Assembly: GCA_964016885.1 (NCBI GenBank)
Contig: OZ024742.1
Span: forward strand, 100,874,001 to 100,938,000
Source: Eledone cirrhosa
Lineage: Eukaryota
DNA length: 64,000 nt
Reading direction: 5' to 3'
The notes under the pieces: model-generated
Told to the model about the DNA's origin: nothing
The model's input: only the letters and a program-made list of their open reading frames with translations
Database searches by the model: none
Made by a program: the position numbers and the translations under genes
In this document: positions 39,751 through 50,470 of the stretch, piece by piece
Position numbering within the stretch: the stretch's first letter is position 1
Layout of the letters: the number at the start of each line of letters is the position of its first letter

Positions 39751-40038
39751 TATATATATATTTGTTTTGCAAGGGTTTTGATATGAAATTGTGTGTCGAA
39801 ACAAATATTGTTATACTTGGGGAGGGTCATATTGTTATGATATTGCCAGAAATAATAACATTTTTGCCTTTCATCCTTACGGGGTCGATAAAATAAAATA
39901 CCAGTAATGCACTGGGTAATTGCTGGCCTTGTGCCTAAAGTAGAAACAATTATTTATTATTAATAATAAAATTATTAAATTAAATAACATTATTATTTCT
40001 GGCAATATTATAACAATATGACCCTCCCAAGTATAACA

Positions 40039-40103
<65 letters not shown>

Positions 40104-40139
40104 ATCATTTAACGTCTGTTCTTGGTGTCTCATGCTACT

Positions 40140-40300
40140 GTTATAAAACCTAATCTTTTGAGGGCCTTGTAGTGTGAGTGTCCTACAAAACCTCTACAGC
40201 CACCTCTGTGGGCTTACAGTGCAACTAGCCTCTGTTCAGACACTTCTCCACCAGTTCCTGGTACTTAGCATATCCTTTATGAAATACTTTTGCATGCCAC
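40140..40300 (-). mobile_element. Fragment of an RLE-type (HERO/NeSL-like) non-LTR retrotransposon endonuclease
   Basis: Minus-strand AKYQELVEKCLNRG*LHCKPTEV/GCRGFVGHSHYKALKRLG matches K.KY..L...C...GW.....P.EVGCRGF. Confidence 0.65.
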
Positions 40301-41424
40301 ACTGTTTAACAATATAGAAGTGTTTGTCTAATTGTTAATTCTTATAATTTCACTTAAACTTCCATCAAGTAATGCTTGCAATCTTTTAAATCTACATAAT
40401 ATTATATTTTTTTATTTAATCTATTTTCTTGCGTCTGTCTTCTATGATGATATAGTTTGGGAAAATTCCCTTGTCCGGAGATTTGTATAAAAGATTGGAG
40501 CCAAAGCATTACTTTAAAATGATCATTCCTTGCATCCAATGTTAACCATGAAATGAGGCCTGGGTTCAAATTTTTGTCTAAATAGGTTGCAGTCAAGAAG
40601 AGATGCCAAAGAATACAATTGCATGCAATGAAATTGTCCCCAATTTTAAGATATGAACCTTTGATATTTTGTTTTGGGGGTCAGCACCATTATAATTCAG
40701 TCATTTCTTTGTAGCTATTTTGAAATATATTTTCTGAAAATTTTAGCCAGTTCATCTAAATTGAATCAATTTTGTAAAGAGAAGGTTAGCATGATAGATT
40801 TACATTGTTATAAGTTCAAATCTCTGTTGTGAGTTATATGTGTGTGTGTGTGTGTATGTATGTTATACTTTTTTTTTATTGGTTTCAGTCATTAAACTGC
40901 TGCCATGATAGGGCACCACCTTGATTTAGTCAATAATATTGATCCCTTTTGTCAAACTGCTAAGTTACATGAGATAAACACAGATATAAGCACAAACATA
41001 AACACACACACACACACACACACATATACATATATATAGTGGTCTTCTGAAGGTTCAGTCTACTAAATTCCACCAATAATATATTTGTTGTTGTTTTTTA
41101 ATAATATCACCAAGATAACTTTGAATAGACAGACAGACGCAAAGCAAATAGGCTTCTGTTTTTGTTTTTATTTATCATTTCACATACTTAACTGGAAGCT
41201 TCAGACAGAAATTTTACTAATTACTATACCAACTCTGTACCTAAGCATTAAGTACTACTCGGATTTTATAAAAAAAGATTTGTAGCGAAAAATTATTTAT
41301 AACGAGATCGACCGAAACAAATTGAGCATTTGTTTGCTATTACCTCAGGGATTGAAAAAAAATTTGTTATATTGAAAAATTTGTTATAATGGTATTTGTT
41401 ATATCAGAATTTTACCTGTATGCA

Positions 41425-41729
41425 TATATATATTAAAATTAAATAAGAAAAAACTCTAATTCTGGGAGTATAAATGAGATAGACAAAAGCATTTTTCTAT
41501 CTAACTTTGCTTATATATGGATCTCCCTTCCATGGTTTAGTATAGGGAAGAATTATTATTGGAACCAGTGGCGGATTCTTCAATTATTGGTGGTTACAAT
41601 AATAATTCTTCCCCATATGAAACCACCATTGGGAGATCCATATATAAGTGAAGTTAGATAAAAAAAACTTTTTGTCTATCTCGTTTATACTCCCAGAATT
41701 AGTTTTTTCTCATTTAATTGTAATATATA
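41425..41729. repeat. Fold-back palindrome with ~140-bp arms
   Basis: CTAATTCTGGGAGTATAAATGAGATAGACAAAAG... versus ...TTTTGTCTATCTCGTTTATACTCCCAGAATTAG. Confidence 0.88.
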
Positions 41730-41795
41730 ATATCTCTGAGAGATTTTTTTCATTAAGATGTTTGGGTATTAGAGACTAATTAACTTTTAATTAAT

Positions 41796-41827
<32 letters not shown>

Positions 41828-43599
41828 ATTGTTTCTACTATTGGCACAAGGCCAGCAATTACCCAGTGCATTACTGGTACTTTATTTTATCGACCCCATA
41901 AGGATGAAAGGCAAAGTTATATATAATATATATATAAAAAATAGTGCATTTTTTACAAGGCTAAAGCAATGCAAATAGGACATTAAATGTAAAAGAAATA
42001 ATGATAACAAAGTTGTTAGAATGTTACTTTGGCAACATTTATGTTGTCCTTAATATTTGGAGATAAAATCACTTTGTCAAAATAACTGAGGCAATTAAGT
42101 CTGAGTATGATATCTTGTGTTGATTTTATGCCAGCATACTACACATCTTGTTCTCTCTCTCTCTTTCCTTTTTTTCTTTTTCATCTCTTTAGACTATTTC
42201 CAAATATCTTACACATCCTCTGACCCTCTCCCCTACATCTTTCTTTCTCTCTCTCTCCCTCCCTCTCCCTTAACTCTCCCCTTAAAACTATATTCAATAG
42301 AGTTTTCAGCTGTCATGTGTGTATACTCAACTCTTAACATCCTGCAATGATTTAGCAGAAAATATATAAAAATGGTTTTGTTAATTCAAATGTTTATAGT
42401 ATCTTTACTAATAGACAGATTGTTGTGAATACTTGCAGTATTAGAGTAAAGTCTTTAATTTTTAATATGATGCAATCATAGTGCTGTTTGATGTTTAGTA
42501 CTTTTCGAGATTGTTTCATTAACACGATTTCATATGGTATAGGATGTTAAGAGTTTATTTAACTTGCAATATTTTGTAACATAAAACATCTTAATCCTTG
42601 AATCACATTTTTACTCTTCAATTTTTTCACCAAAACTCATTTCTTTTTTAATATATTCTTTTGCTTCTCTTTTAATCCTCTCTAATCCTCTTTACTAATC
42701 CTGCTATTTTTACTAACATTTAGCAGTCTGCTGTTAAAATATTATTCTTCCAACAACATTTTTCTAATAGGGTACCAGTTCTCTGGCACCATTATCATTT
42801 GTCATTTGCTGTTGACATTTCATAAATTGGTTTCTTTATCACTCCTTTCATTCCACTTTCAGACAACACTAGATCACTCTAAAATTAATCTACTTGTATA
42901 TTTTAATTTATTTTGTTATATATATATAAACACTACACACACATATAGCTTATGATCAATGCTGGATTTTTAAGAAATAATAGTTTGCTAATTTTTACAT
43001 GAGTAATGAAAAGCAGTTGTGAAATGACCAGGTTGACAAGAGTTCCAATCTCAGCAGCCGTAACAACAGTGACAACACAGTGTTTAATATGCTGCTGTGT
43101 TGTTGTTTCCTGTTTTACTATGTAGAGCTGTTATATACAATAACCAAGTAGATGAGTGTCTTAACCTCACCTCCTGCAGTGAAAACACACAAATGTTACA
43201 GTGTTGAAGTGCTGTTGTTTTGTTGTCCTTTTGTAGGCAGCTTTAATAAGCAAATATCAAATCCTAAACAGTTATCGCCCTTTGTCCATTTCCAAAATAA
43301 TCAGCATCAAACATCATTTCGTATTTCATATTTACATGCATAAGATGAGTTATTAACCCCTTTGATACCAAACTGCCTGAAACCTCCTTATGTTTTGTGA
43401 TACAAAACCATATATTTAAAAGTGCTTATATATTCTAAAAACTTTCCATCATAATTTTATGTAAGAATCTTTAAGTTATGGTCTAAACACCAATATAGTG
43501 AGAAAGTTATATTACTAAATCCTTCTAAATGATTTGAAAAGACATGACAACTCCCTGAGTGTTGATACCACAATAAAATGCACTTGGTAGAATGCAGGA

Positions 43600-44125
43600 A
43601 CTACATATGCGAAGTGCAAGCCCTGTCCCATCTGACACTCAGTAGCGCACAGGAACATATGTAAGCAAAATGTAAGCTCCCTTCCCATCTAAGCAGTCAG
43701 TTGCGTCCTTGCTAGCAGGGAAGACAGATATGCAAGAGAGATGTAGGCTCCCAGACCATCTGACACTCAGTAGCGCACAGGAACATATGTAAGCAAAATG
43801 TAAGCTCCCTTCCCATCTAAGCAGTCAGTTGCGTCCTTGCTAGCAGGGAAGACAGATATGCAAGAGAGATGTAGGCTCCCAGACCATCTGACACTCAGTA
43901 GCGCACAGGAACATATGTAAGAAAAATGTAGGCTCCCTTCCCATCTAAGCAGTCAGTTGTGTCCTTGCTAGCAGGGAAGAGAGATGTAGGCTCCCAGACC
44001 ATCTGACACTCAGATCACAGGAACATATGTAAGCAAAATGTAGGCTCTCTTCCCATCTAAGTGATCAGTTGCTCCACTTGAATACTCACTTGGTCTGTGA
44101 AGGCCCAACCCTTGCTAGCAGGGAA
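43600..44125. repeat. 128-bp tandem repeat (~4 units)
   Basis: CCATCTGACACTCAG at 43,628, 43,756, 43,884 and 43,999 (last spacing 115). Confidence 0.9.
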
Positions 44126-44456
44126 GATGGACATTAAATGGTATTGATGAAACAATGTTTACATTGGGAATATGCTAATGAAATGGTTAATGGGAAGAGT
44201 AATTAGAGATTTCTGGACTACTAATTTCTTCTTTTGTCATTTTGTTGCAAAGACAACTAATTGGCAGAATCATTAGAGCAGAATACCAAATGCTTTGGGA
44301 TATTTGTTCCAGCTCTTTGCACTCTGAATTACATTAAGGCACACATGTCTGTTAATTTCATAAGCAGGCAGCTCCATAGATTGAACAACTGGAACACTCA
44401 TTGTCGAATCAACAGAGGTTCATTTCACTGCAAACACTTCATATATATATATATAA

Positions 44457-44494
<38 letters not shown>

Positions 44495-44850
44495 ATGTGT
44501 GTGTGTGTATATATAAATGTATGTATATTATTTATATATATGAATATGTTCAAGACCCCGACGGCAGAGTCCAGAGCTCTGCCGTTGGAGTCTTGAACAT
44601 TTTCCTATTACCCACTCTACTACCCTAAGTATTGAGTACTCTGGTGCATTATGGTCCACCTGGTTCCTTACCACACTTCCTTCGTTATATCATCATCGTT
44701 TAACGTATATCTTTCATGCTAGCATGGGTTTAGACGGGAATTGTCCCACGTGAGGCAAAATTGGTTGTCTTGGTCATATAGGACTGTCTGGCAGGTTTTC
44801 TACGGCTGGATACCCTTCCTAACACCAACCACGTTTACAGTGTGGAAGTG

Positions 44851-44895
<45 letters not shown>

Positions 44896-44899
44896 ATAG

Positions 44900-45176
44900 T
44901 GGAGGCACGTGGCCTAGTTGTAAGAGTGTTGGACTTACGATCATAATGTTGTGGGTTCGATTCCTGGGTTGCATGTTGTGTTCTTGAGCAAAACACTTCA
45001 TTTCACATTGCTCCAGTATACTCAGCTGAAAATGAGTACCAGCAATAGCTGGAGGTTTAACCCTGCGGTGGACTGGCGTCCTCTCCAGGGGTGAGTCTTG
45101 TACTCTCAGTCGCTTCACGCCATGAAACTGGGATAAGCACCGACCAAATGAGCCTTCTGGCTTAAGACAGACTTTA
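44900..45176 (+). mobile_element. Apparently full-length tRNA-derived SINE inserted in (TA)n
   Basis: Box A TGGCCTAGTTG, box B GGTTCGATTCC, then a conserved body; TA tracts on both sides. Confidence 0.85.
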
Positions 45177-46394
45177 GATATATATATATATATATATTGT
45201 AATGTAAGCATTGGTTGAATTATTGGATGTTATGGATATTATTTTGGTAAATGAAATATTGAAGACAGGTAAATGTTTACAAGCATGGTTGTGTGGTTAA
45301 GAAGAAGTTTACTTCACAACAAGCTGATTCTTGGTTCTCTGTGCAACACTTTGAACATGTCTTATATGACAATGTGTTGGTTGATCAATGCCCTGAGAGT
45401 AGAATTTGGTTGACAGAAGCTATGCAGTATTTATATATCTGTTTTGATCAATTACCATCATCAAGAATTGGATAGATATAAAGATAGGGAATTGGTAAAG
45501 TCGTTAGAACATCAGATAGGTTTCTCAGAATTTGATCCAGTTCTTTGAGCTCTGAGTTCAAATCCCATCAAGATCTACTTTGCTTTTCATCTTTTAGCGG
45601 TCAATACAAAAGAAGTGCCAGATCAGTACATGGGTCAGTTCTTTCTCTATGTCTCTTTCTCATTTCCTCTGTATCATTCGCTCTCTCTCTCTCTCTCCTT
45701 CTCTGGTAGAAATTGGTTATATTCATATCCGGAGAAGGATGAGCTCTGCCAAGTTTTAAAAAATTGTTACTATAACACATCTACGACTCCATCAGAAGTC
45801 ACAGGTCCTTACATACACACGTAGATATGTAGTGTAAGTATAAATATTGTAAATATATAATATATACAATCTAAAGATGAATTAGGTGGGAATTAGCAGT
45901 CACTAGTATTTGGTCCAGCTGTCTACACTGAGTTCAAATCCTACCATGCTCAAAGTCCAGGATCGATGAAGTAGCTGTCAAATACTGAGGTCTCTGGACC
46001 ACATATGTTGTATACGATGCTAACATATCGCATTATATCACTCCCAACCACCACCAACTAATTAGATAAATTTTTCTCTGTCAAATTATATAAGTATTCT
46101 ATTATATATACATAAAGTACCCAATCCACCTTGTAATCTGGTCATACTGGTGCTACAATAAAAGCTGCCAGTCCATGCTGTGAAGTAGTTGTCATTAGGA
46201 ATGGCATCCAGCTATAGAAAACCAAGCCAAAATGCAACGTGTTAGCAAGACACGGTCACCTAACCTGTCTGACCCCATAACATGACAGCCCATCTAGTCT
46301 ATACTAGATTGTAAATTATATATATATATGCGCAAGGTAAACAGAAATAACAAAGCAAATGACATAGTAAAATAAAGAAATACATTAGGAGGAA

Positions 46395-46434
46395 AGAGTC
46401 TTAACGTTTCAGATGCTAGTCCTTCATCAGAAAA
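46395..46434 (-). ncRNA. Degenerate minimal hammerhead-ribozyme-like motif (Penelope-type)
   Basis: Minus strand TTTT-CTGATGA-AGGACTAGCATCT-GAAACGTTA-AGACTCT: both catalytic boxes, short stem II, palindromic AACGTT stem III, weak stem I. Confidence 0.55.
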
Positions 46435-47414
46435 TAGAATGAGAAATTAAAGAAGAAATGAGTGAGCAGTGGCAAAAATGAAAAAAATTTCTTTGAGAAA
46501 GAGCAGGTATATTCAGGTCAAACCATTTGCTATCAAAATATTTAAGCTTAGCAGTCAGGCAAAGAATTCCTATAATATCATCTACACTTTACTTTCCTTT
46601 AGTAGAGTATTAAATTGCAACATCATATCCATATATATATATATAAACAGAGAGAGAGAGTAGGAAAGTTCTTCCTCGGGATAGAGGTATGGAACTCTGT
46701 GACATCTTGTACACAATTCCTATTCTCTCATAGTTCTTGTTCCTGGTTAATTTCATTGTCTCCGGATGTCACCTCCTGAGATTTTTTTGACAATTTCCAC
46801 TTATCTAGAGACTGTTATATTGAGAAATACTATATATTCTTGATATTTCTAATTGATACGTATTCTTTATTAATATACCATACCCTCATTTCTTTATTGG
46901 TACAACATACCTACATTTCTACAGATCTTACATCCTTTTTCATCAAAAGTTAATTTCCACTTGCTATAGAAAAGACAGGCTGGAGCAGAAAATAAAATTT
47001 CCACTGTTTTCTGTATTTTTTCTTTGAGTTCTTCTCAATACCTAATAAATATAAGCTGGTAATACGATGGCACTTTCCTTTGAAAGATCTTCTAGAATTT
47101 ATTATAGATACTGAGATCTTGGTCATGTATTTTTTAAGAATAATTCTTACATTTTGATTCACTTTTTCCCATGACTATTATTCCAAACTGTTCCTACCTT
47201 TTCTCTAACCAAACGTAACTAACAAACCAACCAAAAAAATAAGTCTAAAGTTTCTGGTTCAGACATAATTTAAACCTAACACTTAAACAAAACCTCATGT
47301 AAAGGGAATACAGCCAGCAGATAAATAAGAACAATTTAAAAAAACTAATAAAGAAAAAAAAAGAAACCATCTTCATCCTATTTACATCTCCATAATTTTT
47401 CTCTCTGTCTGCAG

Positions 47415-47517
47415 GAATTTGCAAAGTAGTCGAAACACTATCCATAAAAATCTGGTTCTCTGTTTGATGTTAGCTGAAATTACATTTCTAGCCGGTATAC
47501 ACCAGGTCAAAAATAAA
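47415..47517 (+). CDS. Cirl: aGPCR exon: ICL1-TM2 (NLQSSRNTIHKNLVLCLMLAEITFLAGIHQVKNK)
   Basis: Acceptor ctgcag, donor gtaagt, phase 2-0; RNTIHKNL motif typical of latrophilins. Confidence 0.94.
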
Positions 47518-48114
47518 GTAAGTATTGCTTAGGGTGCTTTATTTTTTTTTTATTCATTTTACCTTTAAGGATGTGGACGGTCTTATAAGCAGGGAAAATC
47601 TTGAAATATGCTAATAGGGTTTTTATTAAATATTCTATCATTGGTTTTGTGACGATCTTACTGGTGTATGGAATAGGGGAAACAACTATTGGTTTAGTTC
47701 AACCATTTGTTATTGTTTCCTAGTTTGGTGATAGGGTAACCCATTTTGAACCATTTGATCTCTGAAATATGCCCAGGTTTTCTCTGAATAGTCCCTCTTC
47801 CCTTCTCCTTGAACACTTTACTGTCTCATGACAGTGCTCTGATTTTATACTTTTATATGCTTTTATACATGTGCTTGACACCTCGCACACATATACACAT
47901 GGCTTTCTTCTTTCACAGTCTACAACACTTTCAATTAGGTGTTATAAAGATTAAATTCTTCTCTGTTTTGTTTCAATTCTATTCTTTGTTTATAGACTTT
48001 TTTATATGCCTGTTAGGCACGTGTGTTGCCTCACAATATAAACACAGATTGTTAAAGTTCAAAATAATTCCTAAATACCTGAAAACAACCTCAAACTTTC
48101 TTTTTTCATCAACA

Positions 48115-48335
48115 CCATTGTATCTTTCTGGCCAGTATCATAGACCCTCACTTGTCAGTACCATAAACATTGTACCTCTCTGACCAGTACCATAAATATT
48201 GTACCTCTCTGACCAGTACCATAAATATTGTACCTCTCTGACCAGTACCATAAATATTGTACCTCTCTGACCAGTACCACAAATATTGTACCTTTCTGGC
48301 CAGTACCATGGATATTGAACCTTTCTGGACAGTTC
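48115..48335. repeat. 29-bp minisatellite (TGACCAGTACCATAAATATTGTACCTCTC), ~7 units with degenerate ends
   Basis: Units at 48,181, 48,210, 48,239, 48,268. Confidence 0.92.
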
Positions 48336-50470
48336 CATAGAATAAGAAATAAACTCTCAGGTAACTTAATCCAAGACTGAAGCAATTCCTGGTTTTAAAC
48401 TGGCAGAGTTATTTGTATGTTGGATTAAATGCCTTGAAATATTCTAGCTCTCTGTACTCTGAGTTGAAATCCTGTTGAAGTCAACTTTACCTCTTATACT
48501 TTCAAGATCAATAAGTACCACTTGATGATCGTGGATGGATTAGGAGTTATCATTGGAGTGAGATATAGGATGCTGCCTTTCAGTATCTGTTCTGGTGTTG
48601 TGTGTCCTGAATTTAAATCACATTTCTGTCAGCAGAAAAATGGCAACATAATAGGATTGAGGGTCCTATCATTAAAACACCCACCTCCTACGAAATATGA
48701 TCCCATAAAAGACTAGCTAAACTTACAGAAGTGTAAGTTCTAACAATTCTTGGTTATAGCTATATATATAACAGATGAAGTTATTTAGATGTAGCAAAGG
48801 AAGAGTTGGCGATGTTAGGCGGCATTGAGGTTTGTAGTTCACTTGTGGATTGTCTGTGATGTGGTCACAGTTGTGTAGGCAAAGTAAGATAGATTGCAGG
48901 TGTGCAAGTGAGCAATAGTGTTCATTATGATGATGATGTGATAATTCCTTGAGTAAGTGATTTACCCTGGTCACATAAGTAATGAAATGAGAATCAACTC
49001 GTTATTTAAATATATTTATTAATTTAATAACCTGCTATGAGGCTATTGTTGACAATATAAGAAAACAAGGCTTATGTTCGAAAGTTGATATTTATCATTG
49101 TGTATAGACTAACCTTTACATGTCAATGGGAATAGAGCTAGTTGGCCCTCATCAACAAAGGGACGAAGTGTTTGGTTAACAACTACATCTCCTTGATTGA
49201 TGGAACAAACTGTATGTGGTGTGTCTCTTTTGAGAGACGAGAGCAGAATGAATTTGATTGAGCTAGTTATCTCAAATAAACTGTTAATGACCCCTAGCTG
49301 GATATTTCTCCAGATAGGGTGACGCCAAATCTTGAAACAAAAGAAAATGAGCATCGTCTTGCCCAGAGGTCAGCATATATATATATTGATGATGATGATG
49401 GCTGTGCAACTTGATTTCGAGTAATGCTATTGCTTGATATTTAAGCATGAGCAGCACAGACGTGGTTTTTTAGTCCTGCTAGGGACTAGCCTACAGCCAG
49501 CAATGCCATGCATTGCAAAAGATGTCACATATCTAGTGATGCCTGTGCTTGAAGCTTTTATAAGTGATGAAAGGCTTTACATGGAGCCAATCCCACTCTC
49601 TGAACATCGAAAGTATTTATCCAAAAAGTAGAACTGGTCTACATCATTGGATGCAAATGAAGTTGCAGGTTTTATATCAGAGTGACCTTCTCCTAGAGAG
49701 ATGTCTTAATGAAGACTAGGTGTCTCTTACTCCACTGCTCCCGGCAAAAAGAATATATGTGGTACATTGAGGCTATATGAGAGAGTGAGCTAAATAACAA
49801 GACAGTTATATTACTAAATTCCTTCAAATACTTAGTTATTGTTATAATTTCAAAACGATAATAAAAGTGTTTATATTTATCTAAAAACCTTTCGTCTTGA
49901 TTTTATATAAGCAACTGTAAGTTATGTTTCAAACACCAGCTTAATATTAAGAAAGTTATATTACTCAATCTCTTTAAATTCTTGATTATTTTCGAAATGA
50001 TTTTAAAATTATAGGCTGTCTTTTAATAGAAATATGGTAACGAAAGGGTTAAGCATAGTAATTCTCCGACGCTAGATAATTACATTTTACGGTCGACCCT
50101 GAGTTATGTCCCTTTAACTGAAAAAGAAAGATAACTTTCAATTGGATTTGGAAAAAGCATTCTGCTGTGACAAAACAATTGCTTTAATCTTCTCTAGAAA
50201 TACGTAACTTTACAACCAGATTTGTCAGTAACTGTTATGACGGTTCATCTTCGAATATTCTATTATCTATAAAGGCAGCGAATTGGTGAAGTTGTTAGAA
50301 CGTTGGATAGAATGCTTTACGGTATTCGTTCTGGCTTTTTGAATTCTCTGAGTTCAACTTTACTTCTCATCCGTTTGAAGTTAATAAAAAAAACTACCTT
50401 TACCAGTATATCTATCTTCTCTATCTCTCTCTCTATATATATATATATGTGTGTGTGTGTGTATACGTAT

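Noticed and set aside
44900-44970. Functional tRNA gene
   Set aside because: Box A and B are present, but I see no acceptor stem or terminator and the sequence continues into a SINE body found repeatedly in the window.
46680-47000. Antisense nested-gene exons (acceptor-like TTTTCTATAG at ~46,965 and donor-like GTAAGA/GTATGT)
   Set aside because: No recognisable protein and no consistent multi-exon frame; such signals are common in AT-rich introns.
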